From a virus: a DNA stretch of 64,000 nt. Shown piece by piece: positions 43,375 through 53,553 of the stretch. The position numbers and the translations under genes are program-made. The notes under the pieces are model-generated. The model worked only from the letters and a program-made list of their open reading frames with translations, was not told where the DNA came from and ran no database searches. The stretch spans positions 1 through 64,000 of the IMG/VR virus record IMGVR_UViG_3300045988_104133. One strand, given 5' to 3'. Positions within the stretch are counted from its first letter, which is position 1; every line of letters begins with the position of its first letter.

Positions 43375-46300
43375 TTATTTCATTTTTAAAGATTTCGTAC
43401 CATTGATAACTCTGTTGAAGTTATCGTTATACTCAATGAAAATTTTCTCGATTCTCTCTGCTGCATCTGCATTGCGCAAGGTATTCCGAGCAATAAGGTT
43501 GAGCTGCGTGAGCTGAGATTTTGAAATCTCGCTCATCTCAGGAAGGAACTTGCCCTGCATTTCCCTAATTACAGAGACATCAAGTCTAATCGCGTTAAGA
43601 TAGGATGCAAAAAGATCACCTGTCTCCTCGGTAATGCCTTTTATCGAGTTGGTCAAAGAGGAACTTCCGTTTTCTCTCAAATCAAGTCCCTTTTCCTTTA
43701 GAGCATCGAAGATACCGGTTAACTGAGGAACTACATTTTCGCCTACTTGGTAGAGCTTGTCCGCAAAATCGTCCATGTCGGTCTCATCAAGTTTACCCTT
43801 TTCATCAAGGATACCTGTAAGCCATTCGAGAGGTTTTTCAAGTGCCTTCTCCATGATTTTCTGAGATACAATATTCTTCGTAACTTCGCGAACCATTTCC
43901 TTGACCTTATTCTTGTAAGCCTCAACCGCATCTTCCCCCTTAGTCCATGCGCTCACAACAGTATCAGTCAGTTGATTTCCCCAGCTCTTCATATCGATAG
44001 AGTAAACGTCTTTAAGGAAGTCCTGTGCGAACGTCTTAATCTGCAACTGCATCTCCTTGATTTGCTGGTCGTAGTCAGCAATCTTATCCTTGTCCGTCTT
44101 TTTCTTATCCTCCTCAGCTTGTCTCTGCTTTCTCAACTCGTCTTCCTGAGCGTGAAGTAGGGCGAGCTGATCTGCGTATGCGGAAGGATTCGTCTCTGTC
44201 TTCATTACAGCGTCATAAGTCTCCTTGCTGTAGTGACTGAAGTTGTGACCTCCAAAGAAATTCTTTCCAATATCGGTCTTAGAAAAAGCATCCCAAGCCT
44301 TATAGTCATTCTTGACATCGTTGAGCTTTTTATTCGCATCGGAAGACCTATTGTAAGAATAGATTCCACCGAGTGTCTTTTCAATAACGGAACTGATATT
44401 GCTAGATAGGTTCTTCAATTCATTCAGCTGTCTCTCTGCAAGCTTTATCTGTCTGTCGAGCTTGGCATCGTGAGCCTTAGCAAAGGCTTTGATAGGAGAG
44501 GTAAATATGCCCGTGACACCTGCAAGGATTCCACCAACGTTGCCGGACTCTGCGCTTGTTACCACCTTTGACAGCGAACTTGACATGCCGGAGAATGTCT
44601 CGAAGAACGCAGAAGCGTCCTGCCATCCATCAGACTCTGTGTCAGCTCCGAGAAGGGAAGCAGTCTCTTTGATGTCATTGAATGCTTCACTCAGTCCCTG
44701 GACATTCTGGTCGATAATACTTACTACGTTAGCAAACTTATCAAGAGACTCCTTTGCTTTTGTTCCATCCTTAAACAGAATCTCAGCAGCTTTCATCATA
44801 GCCTTTCCGCTGGCAATCATGCTGTCACCACGCTTGATGAAGTTTTCGTCTCCCATTTTGAGACCAAGTTCACGAACCTTCTTTCCTTCAGCAATTTTAC
44901 TTGCTGCGATGGTCATCTGCTCGCTGGCATCAGAAATCTTCTGCTCAGCCATTCCCTTCAGGCCACCATTGAGGAAAGTCTTCTTTGGACTCGTCAGCTT
45001 CGATAACTGCTCATCAAGCTGCTTGATTTCCTTGGCGTACTCTCTAGCATCAATGGCTCCGCTTTGTAGAGCCTCATTGATATTCTGCCTGATTCTTGCT
45101 CCGATAGTCTGAGCCTTATCCATACCGAGAGACACGATGGCTCCGTAGAAGTTGAGATAATCAGAAGAGTTCTTGAACTTGTCAAGTTTAACCTGACCAA
45201 TCTCCTTGTCTCTCTGAATCTCATATCTCGCCTTGATGCCAGGATCATTCGTCTTGCTGATAAGCTCGTTGTATCTCTCCCTTATCTTCAAGATTTTATC
45301 CTCATAATCTTCTGTCTTCTCAATGATGTCGGCGGCATCTTGCAAAGACTTTACATAATTACCACGGAGGAGTTCTGTAATTTTTTTCCACTCTTCGTAC
45401 TGATTTGGTAGCTTAAGCTTTTCCTTAGCTTCTCCGTCAGTCATGCTGAGAGAATCCTGAAGATTGAATATCTCATGGTAGTGAGCGTAATACTCGTCCA
45501 TAAGAGATTGAGTCTTGTCATCCATCTGGAAAGCGTCAATCCATGCGGACTCAGCAAAGAACTTGCTGCCTGTCTTTTCGAGAAGGCTCTTGTACAAATC
45601 CCAACGTTCTGACAGCTTGTTCATGGACTCATTGAAGTCAGCTGCCTTTCTCTCGTACTCCTTCTTGTCCTTCTCGTCGAAGAGCCACTCTGCAACCTCA
45701 CGATAGATTGAAGTCTGGAACTTCTTTCTCTCGGTGGTGTTTATACTGAATCCTCCAAGGAGAGAATGGACAGCCTTCTGATAGTCGTCAAGATTAAGAC
45801 CGGTAACCTCTGGGAAGAGATTGTAAGTCTTCTTCTTTGCCTCTTCATCAGACATTATGCTCTTGTACTTCTGGTACATCTGCCTTGCAGACTTAAGACT
45901 GCTTAGACGCTCCTGTAAACGCTTGAGCTCTATATCTTCTTTGCGACCTGAATTCCCGTTTCTTCCTTTCGGAACCTTATTGGACTTTTTGTCTTGCGGA
46001 TAGAATTTATAGCCGAGACCTTCCCATGCCGCCTGATTCAAGCTATTGTAGCTTTCCCAAGCCTCATCTCGAAGTGCCTTAGATATCTTGCCGCGTTTAA
46101 ACTTGTTCTCGCGGTTCTTATACTCGTTGTACCTGTTCTGCAACTCTGTTTGCAGGTTATTATCCGTATTGTAGTCGGAAGTTTCGTCAAGATAAGAATC
46201 GAGCATAGTCGCCTGTGTTTCTACCCTCGCTTTACTCTTTCCTGTCTTGGATAAATTTCTGCGGACTCTTTGCTGCATAGGCGTCTTTGGTTTCTCGACC

Positions 46301-49300
46301 TTGCCGCCACCTGCTTTCTTTGGCTGTTTTGCACCAGCCTCCTGATAGAAGATAGACTTCAAGTACTCACGAATCTGAGGAACATTCACCTTGCACGCAT
46401 CGAGCATTCTTTCTATCATGCTCGCAAAGCGTGAAGAATTCCTGTTGCACCACTTCGAGAAATCTACACCGAACAGGTTGAATGACTTCTTAAGGAAGTT
46501 AATGATTCTAGGAATATTCTTCTTAGCGATATCATTTATCTGATCACTAACCTTGTTTGCCCTTATTCCTATTTTGTAAATGCTATTTGCAATATCATTG
46601 CTTCCGTTACTTGACTTCAAAACGAAAGAATCCCAATTTGCGCCTCCTCTTTCTGCAAGAATACGAATCTTCTCATCGAGAGACATGGCTCTTTCCTCTG
46701 GCTTCAGGAACTGATTAGCAACGCTATCCATTCTCGACTTTGTATCTTCGTCAAGTCCAGATAAAAGCGTCTGGTACTTGATAACCGCCTCGTTGAGGTC
46801 TTCGACAGCATCCTCCATCGTGTCTGCAAAAGGATTACCGGAACCCCAACCACCTGAAGCTCCAAGTGCTCCAGCAACAACATCCGAGTCGTTTGCTTCC
46901 TGCTGTGAGTTGTCACGAGCGGCAACTATTCCCTTATTGAGAATATCATACTGCTCGTTAAGATTCTTCGCCCTTGTAATCTGATCTTCTATTGTCTGTG
47001 TGTAATCTCCGCTGTTTCGAAGAAGCTCTTTCATTGAGTTTACTCGCTGTTGTAAGTCCGCGCTGTTTGCCGGCTTCTCATTTGCGAGCTCATCCTCGTA
47101 GTTTTTCTTCTTGTTGTATGCAGAATCCCTGAAACCCTTTGCATTCTCAGAAATTCTATCCATATCACTGCTGTAGCTGGAGAATGTCTGAACAGCTAGA
47201 CCGATTGCAAGTCCCCACCAGCCGCCAAGCATCGTAAAGAGAGACTTAATTCCTCCACCTATCTTAGAGATACCCATATTCATTACGGCGGCAAATCGTG
47301 TTCCTCCGAGTATAATCTGCTCCTGTCTTGCTGTAATCTGCCCCATCACGGCAAGCTGTCTGATAAGTTCTTTTGTAACAAGACCTTCCTTGACAGCTTT
47401 CTGCATCTGAAGAACAGACATCTTCCCTTCAAGTGCAAGACGAGACATAGCATTCGCCCTTGAAGCGGTATCAGACAGCAAGTATGCCCTTGCCTGTACA
47501 TTCTGCAACGCCTTCTGTTGAGTAATCTTACCTTCTGTGACAAGTTGCTGCTGTTCGATAGCGTAAGTCCTCAGCTGAGCATTCATCTGCTGAGTGTAGT
47601 TCTTGTTTATTGAGCCCAATCCGAGCTTACCGGAAGCCATCAGTCCAAGTTTCCTTGCAGCAAATATAGCTCCGAAAGAAAGCATAGCAGGGGATAGTTT
47701 ATCAAGAGCTAATACTAAGTCTGTTACTCGGTTGATAATAAACGAGAACGTACCGCCTATGACATTCTTTCCTTCTGCAAATTTACCGAGCATAATATCC
47801 CACGCGTCGATAAGCTTATTCCAGCGGCCAAGCAGTGTTTCGGACAACACGAGCTGCATATTGTAGAACTGGCCACCCTCGTCTGTCATCTTCCACAGTA
47901 CCTTCTGAACATCCTCGAAGCTTACCTGTCTTCCGGAAATCATCTTCTTGACATCTGCCTGGGTATAATTCTTGCGACCGTTCTTTCCTTCAGAATTATA
48001 TAATTCCGTTATCTTCTGCAAGAGTGGGAGTCCTGCGTAAGCAAACTGGCGTAACTCCTTACCATCGAGCCAAGATCGAGCCTTAACCTGACCGAACGCA
48101 AGACCCAATCGGCCGAAGTCCACGCCAAGACCAGATGCTATATCCGCAAGTCGCTTAGTTGTATCGTACAAGTCGTTTGCCTCTACTCCGAATGCAGCCA
48201 ACTGCTTGACATCTCTGTTCAGTTCTCCAAACTTGAATGGAGACTGCAACGCAAGCTGCTGTGTCTGAGCGAACAGCTCGTCAGCCTTCTGTACATCACC
48301 AAGGATGGAGCGTAACGCAACATGCTGCTGAACAATCTCACCACCGGTCTGTACGATTGAATTAAAGAATTGCTGCGCGCCAAAGACAATACCTCCCTGC
48401 AAGAAGAGAGATTTGATGTCTCCGACTATGGATTGCATCTTCTTCGCTTCAGCGTTTGCTCCGGCGAATGCTGCTGCGAGATCGTTTCGTGCCTTTGCGG
48501 CAGACTGAGCAATCTCCTGCTGACGTTTCTGTTCTAGTTCAATACCGCGCTGCGCCTCTCGATTAGCTTCTCTTTGAGCATCAGCAACTCTATTTGCAAG
48601 CTGAACCTCCCGTTGGTCGCCAACGTTTGTAATTAATCCAAGTGCTGTAGAATCTCTGCTTCCAAGCCTTTGTAATATTGACTTTAGATAATTGAATTGA
48701 TTTTCAATATCTTTTATTTTAGTCTCAATCTGAGTTGTATCTACCTGTAACTTAACGGAATTTCCATACTCCTTGCGAAGCCTTACCAACACGTCATCGA
48801 GCCTTTCCATTCTTCGAGTAGAAATTTCTATCTCTCTTTGGCGTTGTCTTTCTGCCGCAGCGTCGTCACGCTTTGCTTTGGCGGCATCTCTTGTAGCCTG
48901 AGCTTCTGCTTTCCTGTTAGCTTTATCTTGTGCAGAGTTTAAATCCCTTTGTGCCTGGGTAGCATTTGCAAGGCTTGATGAAAGTCTGTTCACTTCCTCC
49001 GCATACGACGAATAGGAAGGCCTACCACCCTTACCCATAAGGGCAATATTGGCATCCTCTATTCTTCTTTTGAGCTCGGTTGCTTCCGAAAGAGCTTTTT
49101 CTAAAGCACTTGTATTTACTCCAAGCTCTAGGCCTCTCATGCCGGCGCGTTCGCCTCTACCGATTACAAGCGACATCTTAGCATAGAGCCTAGACATTCT
49201 TTCAGTATCGGCTTCTATGCGTCTGGCTTCGGCGGCAGATTGTCTCTTCCTTTCATCAGAGGCTTGCTTTTCTGCCTTTCTCTTGGCCTCCTGCAATGCC

Positions 49301-50268
49301 ATGTAGCGCTTTGCATAATCAGACAAAGCTTTAAGTTCCGCATCATTATCCTTGGCGCTCAACTTTGAAGCTGCCGCAAACTCTCTCTCCTGCGCAATGA
49401 CTTTTCCCTTCTCTCGTCCGTATGCCTGTGTTGCGGCGGCGGCTTTCGTCATTTCTACAGCAACATCGGAAAGAAGGTTCTTCATCTGCGCGGCATCGGT
49501 GAGGATAGATTTGTTTCCAGATGCCGCCTGCAATCTGGCAAGTATCTTGTCAAGCTCGGTAATACTTCCACCAAGCATGTTAGTATTGAAACCCTTCAAG
49601 GCTCCCTCTGCCATAAGGTCTCGCATCCTAGCGAGCTTTTCGGTTACTCTTGCAATGTCAGCTTCAACCTTTGCTGCTCCACCGGAAAAGGCAGAAAGAG
49701 GGTTCTCCTTTTTAAACTGATCAGTAATCTGCTTTACATCACGGAATGTCATTTGAAGAACCTTGGCATAATCCTGCAAAACCTTTGCGCTATCTACGCC
49801 GCCACCTCCGCCGCCTTGTGCTTTATTCTGCAATCTGAAAAGCTGATTATTGATATTCTCAAGCATCAGCTCGGCTTCCCTAAGTTTCGAGGTATCAACA
49901 TTAGGATTCAGTGAGCGTAGCTCTGAAATCTTGCTGCGCTCTATATTGATTCTTTGAAGCATATCGAGATAGGAGAGAGCGTTTTTTACCGCCAACTGCA
50001 AATCTTTAGCTTCATCACCTTTGTCGTTTTTCTTGAGTTTGGAAATCCTTCTGTTTATCTCATTGAGAACATCTGCAAACTCTTTGGCTTTTTCTGCCTG
50101 CTCCTTAAATCCAGACTTTTTTGTCCCGAATCCCTGGAGGGCACGAAGAAGCGCGTTCGCAGCATCATCACCAGTCTTAAGCTTGTCAATGATTTTCTGC
50201 AACTCCTTGGAGGTATTATCCTTGACACCAAGTTGGAACCACAAGTCACCTAAATTTCCACCTGCCAT
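43375..50268 (-). CDS. Tail tape measure protein
   Basis: 2297 aa, helical and coiled-coil with central hydrophobic segments (GGWWGLAIGLAVQTF). Lies between the chaperone pair and Dit. Confidence 0.85.
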   Translation of the reverse strand: MAGGNLGDLWFQLGVKDNTSKELQKIIDKLKTGDDAANALLRALQGFGTKKSGFKEQAEKAKEFADVLNEINRRISKLKKNDKGDEAKDLQLAVKNALSYLDMLQRINIERSKISELRSLNPNVDTSKLREAELMLENINNQLFRLQNKAQGGGGGGVDSAKVLQDYAKVLQMTFRDVKQITDQFKKENPLSAFSGGAAKVEADIARVTEKLARMRDLMAEGALKGFNTNMLGGSITELDKILARLQAASGNKSILTDAAQMKNLLSDVAVEMTKAAAATQAYGREKGKVIAQEREFAAASKLSAKDNDAELKALSDYAKRYMALQEAKRKAEKQASDERKRQSAAEARRIEADTERMSRLYAKMSLVIGRGERAGMRGLELGVNTSALEKALSEATELKRRIEDANIALMGKGGRPSYSSYAEEVNRLSSSLANATQAQRDLNSAQDKANRKAEAQATRDAAKAKRDDAAAERQRQREIEISTRRMERLDDVLVRLRKEYGNSVKLQVDTTQIETKIKDIENQFNYLKSILQRLGSRDSTALGLITNVGDQREVQLANRVADAQREANREAQRGIELEQKRQQEIAQSAAKARNDLAAAFAGANAEAKKMQSIVGDIKSLFLQGGIVFGAQQFFNSIVQTGGEIVQQHVALRSILGDVQKADELFAQTQQLALQSPFKFGELNRDVKQLAAFGVEANDLYDTTKRLADIASGLGVDFGRLGLAFGQVKARSWLDGKELRQFAYAGLPLLQKITELYNSEGKNGRKNYTQADVKKMISGRQVSFEDVQKVLWKMTDEGGQFYNMQLVLSETLLGRWNKLIDAWDIMLGKFAEGKNVIGGTFSFIINRVTDLVLALDKLSPAMLSFGAIFAARKLGLMASGKLGLGSINKNYTQQMNAQLRTYAIEQQQLVTEGKITQQKALQNVQARAYLLSDTASRANAMSRLALEGKMSVLQMQKAVKEGLVTKELIRQLAVMGQITARQEQIILGGTRFAAVMNMGISKIGGGIKSLFTMLGGWWGLAIGLAVQTFSSYSSDMDRISENAKGFRDSAYNKKKNYEDELANEKPANSADLQQRVNSMKELLRNSGDYTQTIEDQITRAKNLNEQYDILNKGIVAARDNSQQEANDSDVVAGALGASGGWGSGNPFADTMEDAVEDLNEAVIKYQTLLSGLDEDTKSRMDSVANQFLKPEERAMSLDEKIRILAERGGANWDSFVLKSSNGSNDIANSIYKIGIRANKVSDQINDIAKKNIPRIINFLKKSFNLFGVDFSKWCNRNSSRFASMIERMLDACKVNVPQIREYLKSIFYQEAGAKQPKKAGGGKVEKPKTPMQQRVRRNLSKTGKSKARVETQATMLDSYLDETSDYNTDNNLQTELQNRYNEYKNRENKFKRGKISKALRDEAWESYNSLNQAAWEGLGYKFYPQDKKSNKVPKGRNGNSGRKEDIELKRLQERLSSLKSARQMYQKYKSIMSDEEAKKKTYNLFPEVTGLNLDDYQKAVHSLLGGFSINTTERKKFQTSIYREVAEWLFDEKDKKEYERKAADFNESMNKLSERWDLYKSLLEKTGSKFFAESAWIDAFQMDDKTQSLMDEYYAHYHEIFNLQDSLSMTDGEAKEKLKLPNQYEEWKKITELLRGNYVKSLQDAADIIEKTEDYEDKILKIRERYNELISKTNDPGIKARYEIQRDKEIGQVKLDKFKNSSDYLNFYGAIVSLGMDKAQTIGARIRQNINEALQSGAIDAREYAKEIKQLDEQLSKLTSPKKTFLNGGLKGMAEQKISDASEQMTIAASKIAEGKKVRELGLKMGDENFIKRGDSMIASGKAMMKAAEILFKDGTKAKESLDKFANVVSIIDQNVQGLSEAFNDIKETASLLGADTESDGWQDASAFFETFSGMSSSLSKVVTSAESGNVGGILAGVTGIFTSPIKAFAKAHDAKLDRQIKLAERQLNELKNLSSNISSVIEKTLGGIYSYNRSSDANKKLNDVKNDYKAWDAFSKTDIGKNFFGGHNFSHYSKETYDAVMKTETNPSAYADQLALLHAQEDELRKQRQAEEDKKKTDKDKIADYDQQIKEMQLQIKTFAQDFLKDVYSIDMKSWGNQLTDTVVSAWTKGEDAVEAYKNKVKEMVREVTKNIVSQKIMEKALEKPLEWLTGILDEKGKLDETDMDDFADKLYQVGENVVPQLTGIFDALKEKGLDLRENGSSSLTNSIKGITEETGDLFASYLNAIRLDVSVIREMQGKFLPEMSEISKSQLTQLNLIARNTLRNADAAERIEKIFIEYNDNFNRVINGTKSLKMK

Positions 50269-50286
50269 ATCCTGAATATTTTTAAA

Positions 50287-51014
50287 TTAGAGTTTATTGT
50301 TTAAGTAATCTGCAAGACTTATCTTCTTGCCAACGATGCTTCCCTCATTCTTCTTTTTCTCCATCCACCTGTCGTAGAGGTCATCCATCTCCTTCTTGGT
50401 ATGCTTCTTCGGACCGCCTTCCTTCTTGGTCTTTGGATAGACGACAAGAGGCTGGTCTGCAACCATTAGGTCAATCTGTGCTGATGAATAGCCCCACCAG
50501 TAGTCGTAGGCTGCAATGAAGTACTTGCGCTGAAAGAGGAAACCGAACTTCTCCGCTAGTGAGAAGGCTGCTCCCCAGCTGGTTCTGCTTGGATAGCTTT
50601 TGCTTCGCTCCTCGTCATCGTCATCATCACGTCCGTCATCCCGGTCGCTAATATGGTAGCCAGTGAGAATGCGTTCGATGGAATTTTTTTTTTAGAAACA
50701 TCGAGGACTCTCAGCACCTCGGCCACGTCCACATCCTTGATGTAGTAGAGCCAACGCCAGTAGATCCAATACAGGAATCGAATCTTCCAGATGTTGTTGA
50801 GGAGAATGCAGACACAAATCTTGACGTTGCGCTTCCATTCGTTCTTCTCCTTTGCCCTGATATGGGAACACCTGCTCATGGTTCCCTTGCGAAGCCAACC
50901 GAGCTTGTGCTTCTTGCCACGGAACACGAACTCGGTAGGCTCGTCGTGCAGCACGCTGTCAAGCAACTCCTGCAAATCCACCGAAGGCTGCTCTATTTTC
51001 TTTTCTTCTGCCAT
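50287..51014 (-). CDS. Tail assembly chaperone GT-like product via -1 frameshift at the A10 run
   Basis: The hand-translated -1 frame after the A run stays open (NSIERILTGYH...ADYLNNKL) until TAA at 50287-50289, 18 nt before the tape measure start. Confidence 0.5.
50556..51014 (-). CDS. Tail assembly chaperone (G-like, zero-frame product)
   Basis: Lies between the major tail protein and the tape measure, and contains the A10 run. Confidence 0.6.
   Translation of the reverse strand: MAEEKKIEQPSVDLQELLDSVLHDEPTEFVFRGKKHKLGWLRKGTMSRCSHIRAKEKNEWKRNVKICVCILLNNIWKIRFLYWIYWRWLYYIKDVDVAEVLRVLDVSKKKIPSNAFSLATILATGMTDVMMTMTRSEAKAIQAEPAGEQPSH
50684..50693 (-). promoter_or_regulatory. Slippery homopolymer (A10 on the coding strand; codons AAA AAA AAA A)
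   Basis: T10 on the plus strand at 50684-50693, in phase with the ORF 50556..51014. Confidence 0.5.
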
Positions 51015-51118
51015 GATTGTATGCTATTAAATGAAGAAGGGCGGCACGGCTGTTGATTAGCCTGCCGCCCAACGGTTTGTTATCCTGAATCTAATTACCT
51101 AAAGAAGCCTTTACTTGA

Positions 51119-51730
51119 TTAACCGCCAATGCCTGGTCCACTTGCAGCTGGAGCCTTAGTAAGCCAAGCGATGCTACGCTTACCTGCACCCTCGATGGAG
51201 CCGGAGAACTTGAATGCAACTGGCTCAGTACCGGAGTTGTCCCACTGCAATGTAGCGTAGAGAGCGATGTTGGTAATAACCATGAGGTTCTCCTTCTCGT
51301 CGTCAACGATAACGATAGTGCCCTTGATCTTGAACTTCTTAGGCTCAACAGCGATACCTGTAAAGCCGGTAGTAGCGTCGAGGGTAGCGTCACCTGTACC
51401 CTTCAGAGTAACTTTGGTCAGCTCAGTGATAGCATCCTCGCCGAACATAATTGTCAGCAAGTCCTTTGCCTTTGAAGGAACAACGAACTCTACGTTGAAG
51501 TCGCCGAGCTCTGCGGTAGTTGCCCAGTCGCCTGCAAGACCGATAACCTTGTAGTGGTTGATGGTTGGGTCATCCATAGTCGCCTTCAGCGAGTCAACGG
51601 TAACCGGAAGCTCAACCTCTGGGGTGATGTCAACTGTAGCCTTGCTCAAATCGGTAATAGCTTTTGAGTAGAGCAGAGTTTTAGGACCATTGAAAATGTC
51701 CTTCATCTTGTCAATAGTTGTCATAGCCAT
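51119..51730 (-). CDS. Major tail (tube) protein
   Basis: 203 aa, T/V/G-rich beta-type sequence. Upstream of the chaperone pair and followed by a GC-rich hairpin (51040-51070). Confidence 0.6.
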   Translation of the reverse strand: MAMTTIDKMKDIFNGPKTLLYSKAITDLSKATVDITPEVELPVTVDSLKATMDDPTINHYKVIGLAGDWATTAELGDFNVEFVVPSKAKDLLTIMFGEDAITELTKVTLKGTGDATLDATTGFTGIAVEPKKFKIKGTIVIVDDEKENLMVITNIALYATLQWDNSGTEPVAFKFSGSIEGAGKRSIAWLTKAPAASGPGIGG

Positions 51731-51765
51731 AATCTAAAATATTTTAAATTGTTATACCTGAATAC

Positions 51766-52173
51766 TTATTTCGTACGTAACCTTCCCTGTATGATCGTCA
51801 CGGAAAAACCTGCGCCGTCGTCTGTCTGTAGCGTTATACGAGGATTGGAAACAATGAGATTTTTTGTGGAGATTGGAAATCTGTCCATAATCTCCTGGAC
51901 TTTCTCGTCAACGCTAGAAACATCAAATGTGTTTGGATTTCTTGCTGAAGCTTTATCGCGTACATACAATTCGATTTGAGCTGTAGTGGTGAAATCATTG
52001 TAAACTCCACTTGAGTTCATCTCGTTATTGTAGATACTAGATGGAAAGTATACCACGATGTAGCTGTTGATTTTCGTATCAACTGCTTTTGGTCGGCTCC
52101 GGGAGTAGAGCTTGTCGCAAATCCCCTTCATTGCATTGCCGACATCGAAATATAGAGTCTTAATACTAACCAT
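51766..52173 (-). CDS. Tail terminator / tail completion protein (by position)
   Basis: 135-aa ORF between the gp10-like and major tail genes. Confidence 0.4.
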   Translation of the reverse strand: MVSIKTLYFDVGNAMKGICDKLYSRSRPKAVDTKINSYIVVYFPSSIYNNEMNSSGVYNDFTTTAQIELYVRDKASARNPNTFDVSSVDEKVQEIMDRFPISTKNLIVSNPRITLQTDDGAGFSVTIIQGRLRTK

Positions 52174-52176
52174 ATC

Positions 52177-52710
52177 TTACATCGTTCTAAAGTATCTAAC
52201 CAAATATTCTCTAAGAGAGGTAATCACGTCGTGGCCTCTCTTAACCTCGACAAACTTAGCGTAATCCACACCGGCAACAAGGAGCATCTGCCATGTAGCA
52301 TCGTACTTTCCTTTGTTGTGCTCCCTGGAAACAAGTTCATCCCACGCCGCATTTGGACCATATTCACCACCTTCTCCGTATTCACCCTTGTAAGGTCTCC
52401 TTCCGCTGTCTTTGAAGGAGAATGAGCTGCGATAATACTTATCGAGGTTGTATCTCTCTCCGGCAGCAAGGGTTACTCGGGTTGGCTCTGGGCCTGGAGC
52501 ATAATGAATCGACTGCAATGAGCCGTTGTAATATGTACCGATGGCTGTTGACTTGTACAAGTTACCGGTTACGTCATCATAGTTTCGAGACTTGTCAGCA
52601 GCCTTCATTGTCATTTCAGCCGCATGGTCCATCTTCTGCTGCATCTTTGCTACAGCCATCTGACGGATTTTCTTCTCGACCTGTAAAAACTGACCTGATA
52701 AACTTGTCAT
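52177..52710 (-). CDS. HK97 gp10-like neck/tail-completion protein
   Basis: VTGNLYKS and VDYAKFVEVKRGHD resemble gp10-family motifs (tGnLr.S ... Ya.fvEfG). Confidence 0.5.
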   Translation of the reverse strand: MTSLSGQFLQVEKKIRQMAVAKMQQKMDHAAEMTMKAADKSRNYDDVTGNLYKSTAIGTYYNGSLQSIHYAPGPEPTRVTLAAGERYNLDKYYRSSFSFKDSGRRPYKGEYGEGGEYGPNAAWDELVSREHNKGKYDATWQMLLVAGVDYAKFVEVKRGHDVITSLREYLVRYFRTM

Positions 52711-52713
52711 AAT

Positions 52714-53091
52714 CTAAACCCTTGTCAAATTCCAATACACAACAGTCCTGTTATTATCCGGTTCGCAGTCCTTAACCATACCTACCTCGGTGTTGTTGCC
52801 GACAGTGGAGTAGATGGTGTCGCCGTCAAGAGGACATCTGTCAGCATCCCATTCGTCATATCTGACCGGAATCGATGCCTTCCTCTTGTTCTGGTCGACG
52901 TTCTTGTCTCCCTCTGTAGTGGTATCGGTGTAGCTGCGGCCTTCGCCATAATAGAGAATGATTTCCTTGTCCTCACCAACTGGAGCATCATCATCGGCAA
53001 ACGGGTCATCAGGGTCGGCTTTTCCGACGACCTTCCTCACGATCTTGATGATGTGAGGGTATCTTGGGTTTCTGATGTTTTCCTTTTCCAT
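52714..53091 (-). CDS. Head closure / head-tail adaptor (by position)
   Basis: The start MEKENIRN at 53091 avoids overlap. The ORF is open to 53130. Confidence 0.4.
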   Translation of the reverse strand: MEKENIRNPRYPHIIKIVRKVVGKADPDDPFADDDAPVGEDKEIILYYGEGRSYTDTTTEGDKNVDQNKRKASIPVRYDEWDADRCPLDGDTIYSTVGNNTEVGMVKDCEPDNNRTVVYWNLTRV

Positions 53092-53096
53092 ACGCC

Positions 53097-53531
53097 TTAT
53101 TTGATGATGTGAGGGAGAGGTTCTCCCCAAGGAGAATAATTCGCCCTCTTTACTCCGTGGGAGGTCACCCGGAAGGTGGATTTCTTCTTGAGCATCGAAT
53201 CAGGCTCCAGCTCTGCATAGATAGCGTTAGCCTCTGCCTTCATCTCGCTCCTGTCGTTGTCCGACATATCATATCCACCTCCCGAATGAGTCCATCCGTT
53301 ATCGGAATCGGAGGTGTTGTTCACCTTGCTCGGACCAAGAACAAACCATTTCAGCATGTCGGCATAGGCAAGCCTTACCTTGTCCTTGTCGCAGGCTTCG
53401 AGGTCGATGCCGTTTTCAAGTTCCCTGTCGTGCATGATGCCAAGCAGAGCCTTCATCGGCATCTCGAACTTCACCTTATTAATAAGGTAGTCGTTCACAG
53501 TGTAAATGTTCATCTCCGAATCCATAGTCAT
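53097..53531 (-). CDS. Head-tail connector protein (by position)
   Basis: 144-aa ORF directly downstream of the capsid gene. Confidence 0.4.
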   Translation of the reverse strand: MTMDSEMNIYTVNDYLINKVKFEMPMKALLGIMHDRELENGIDLEACDKDKVRLAYADMLKWFVLGPSKVNNTSDSDNGWTHSGGGYDMSDNDRSEMKAEANAIYAELEPDSMLKKKSTFRVTSHGVKRANYSPWGEPLPHIIK

Positions 53532-53553
53532 ACAATCTAGTTACGTTAAGAAA

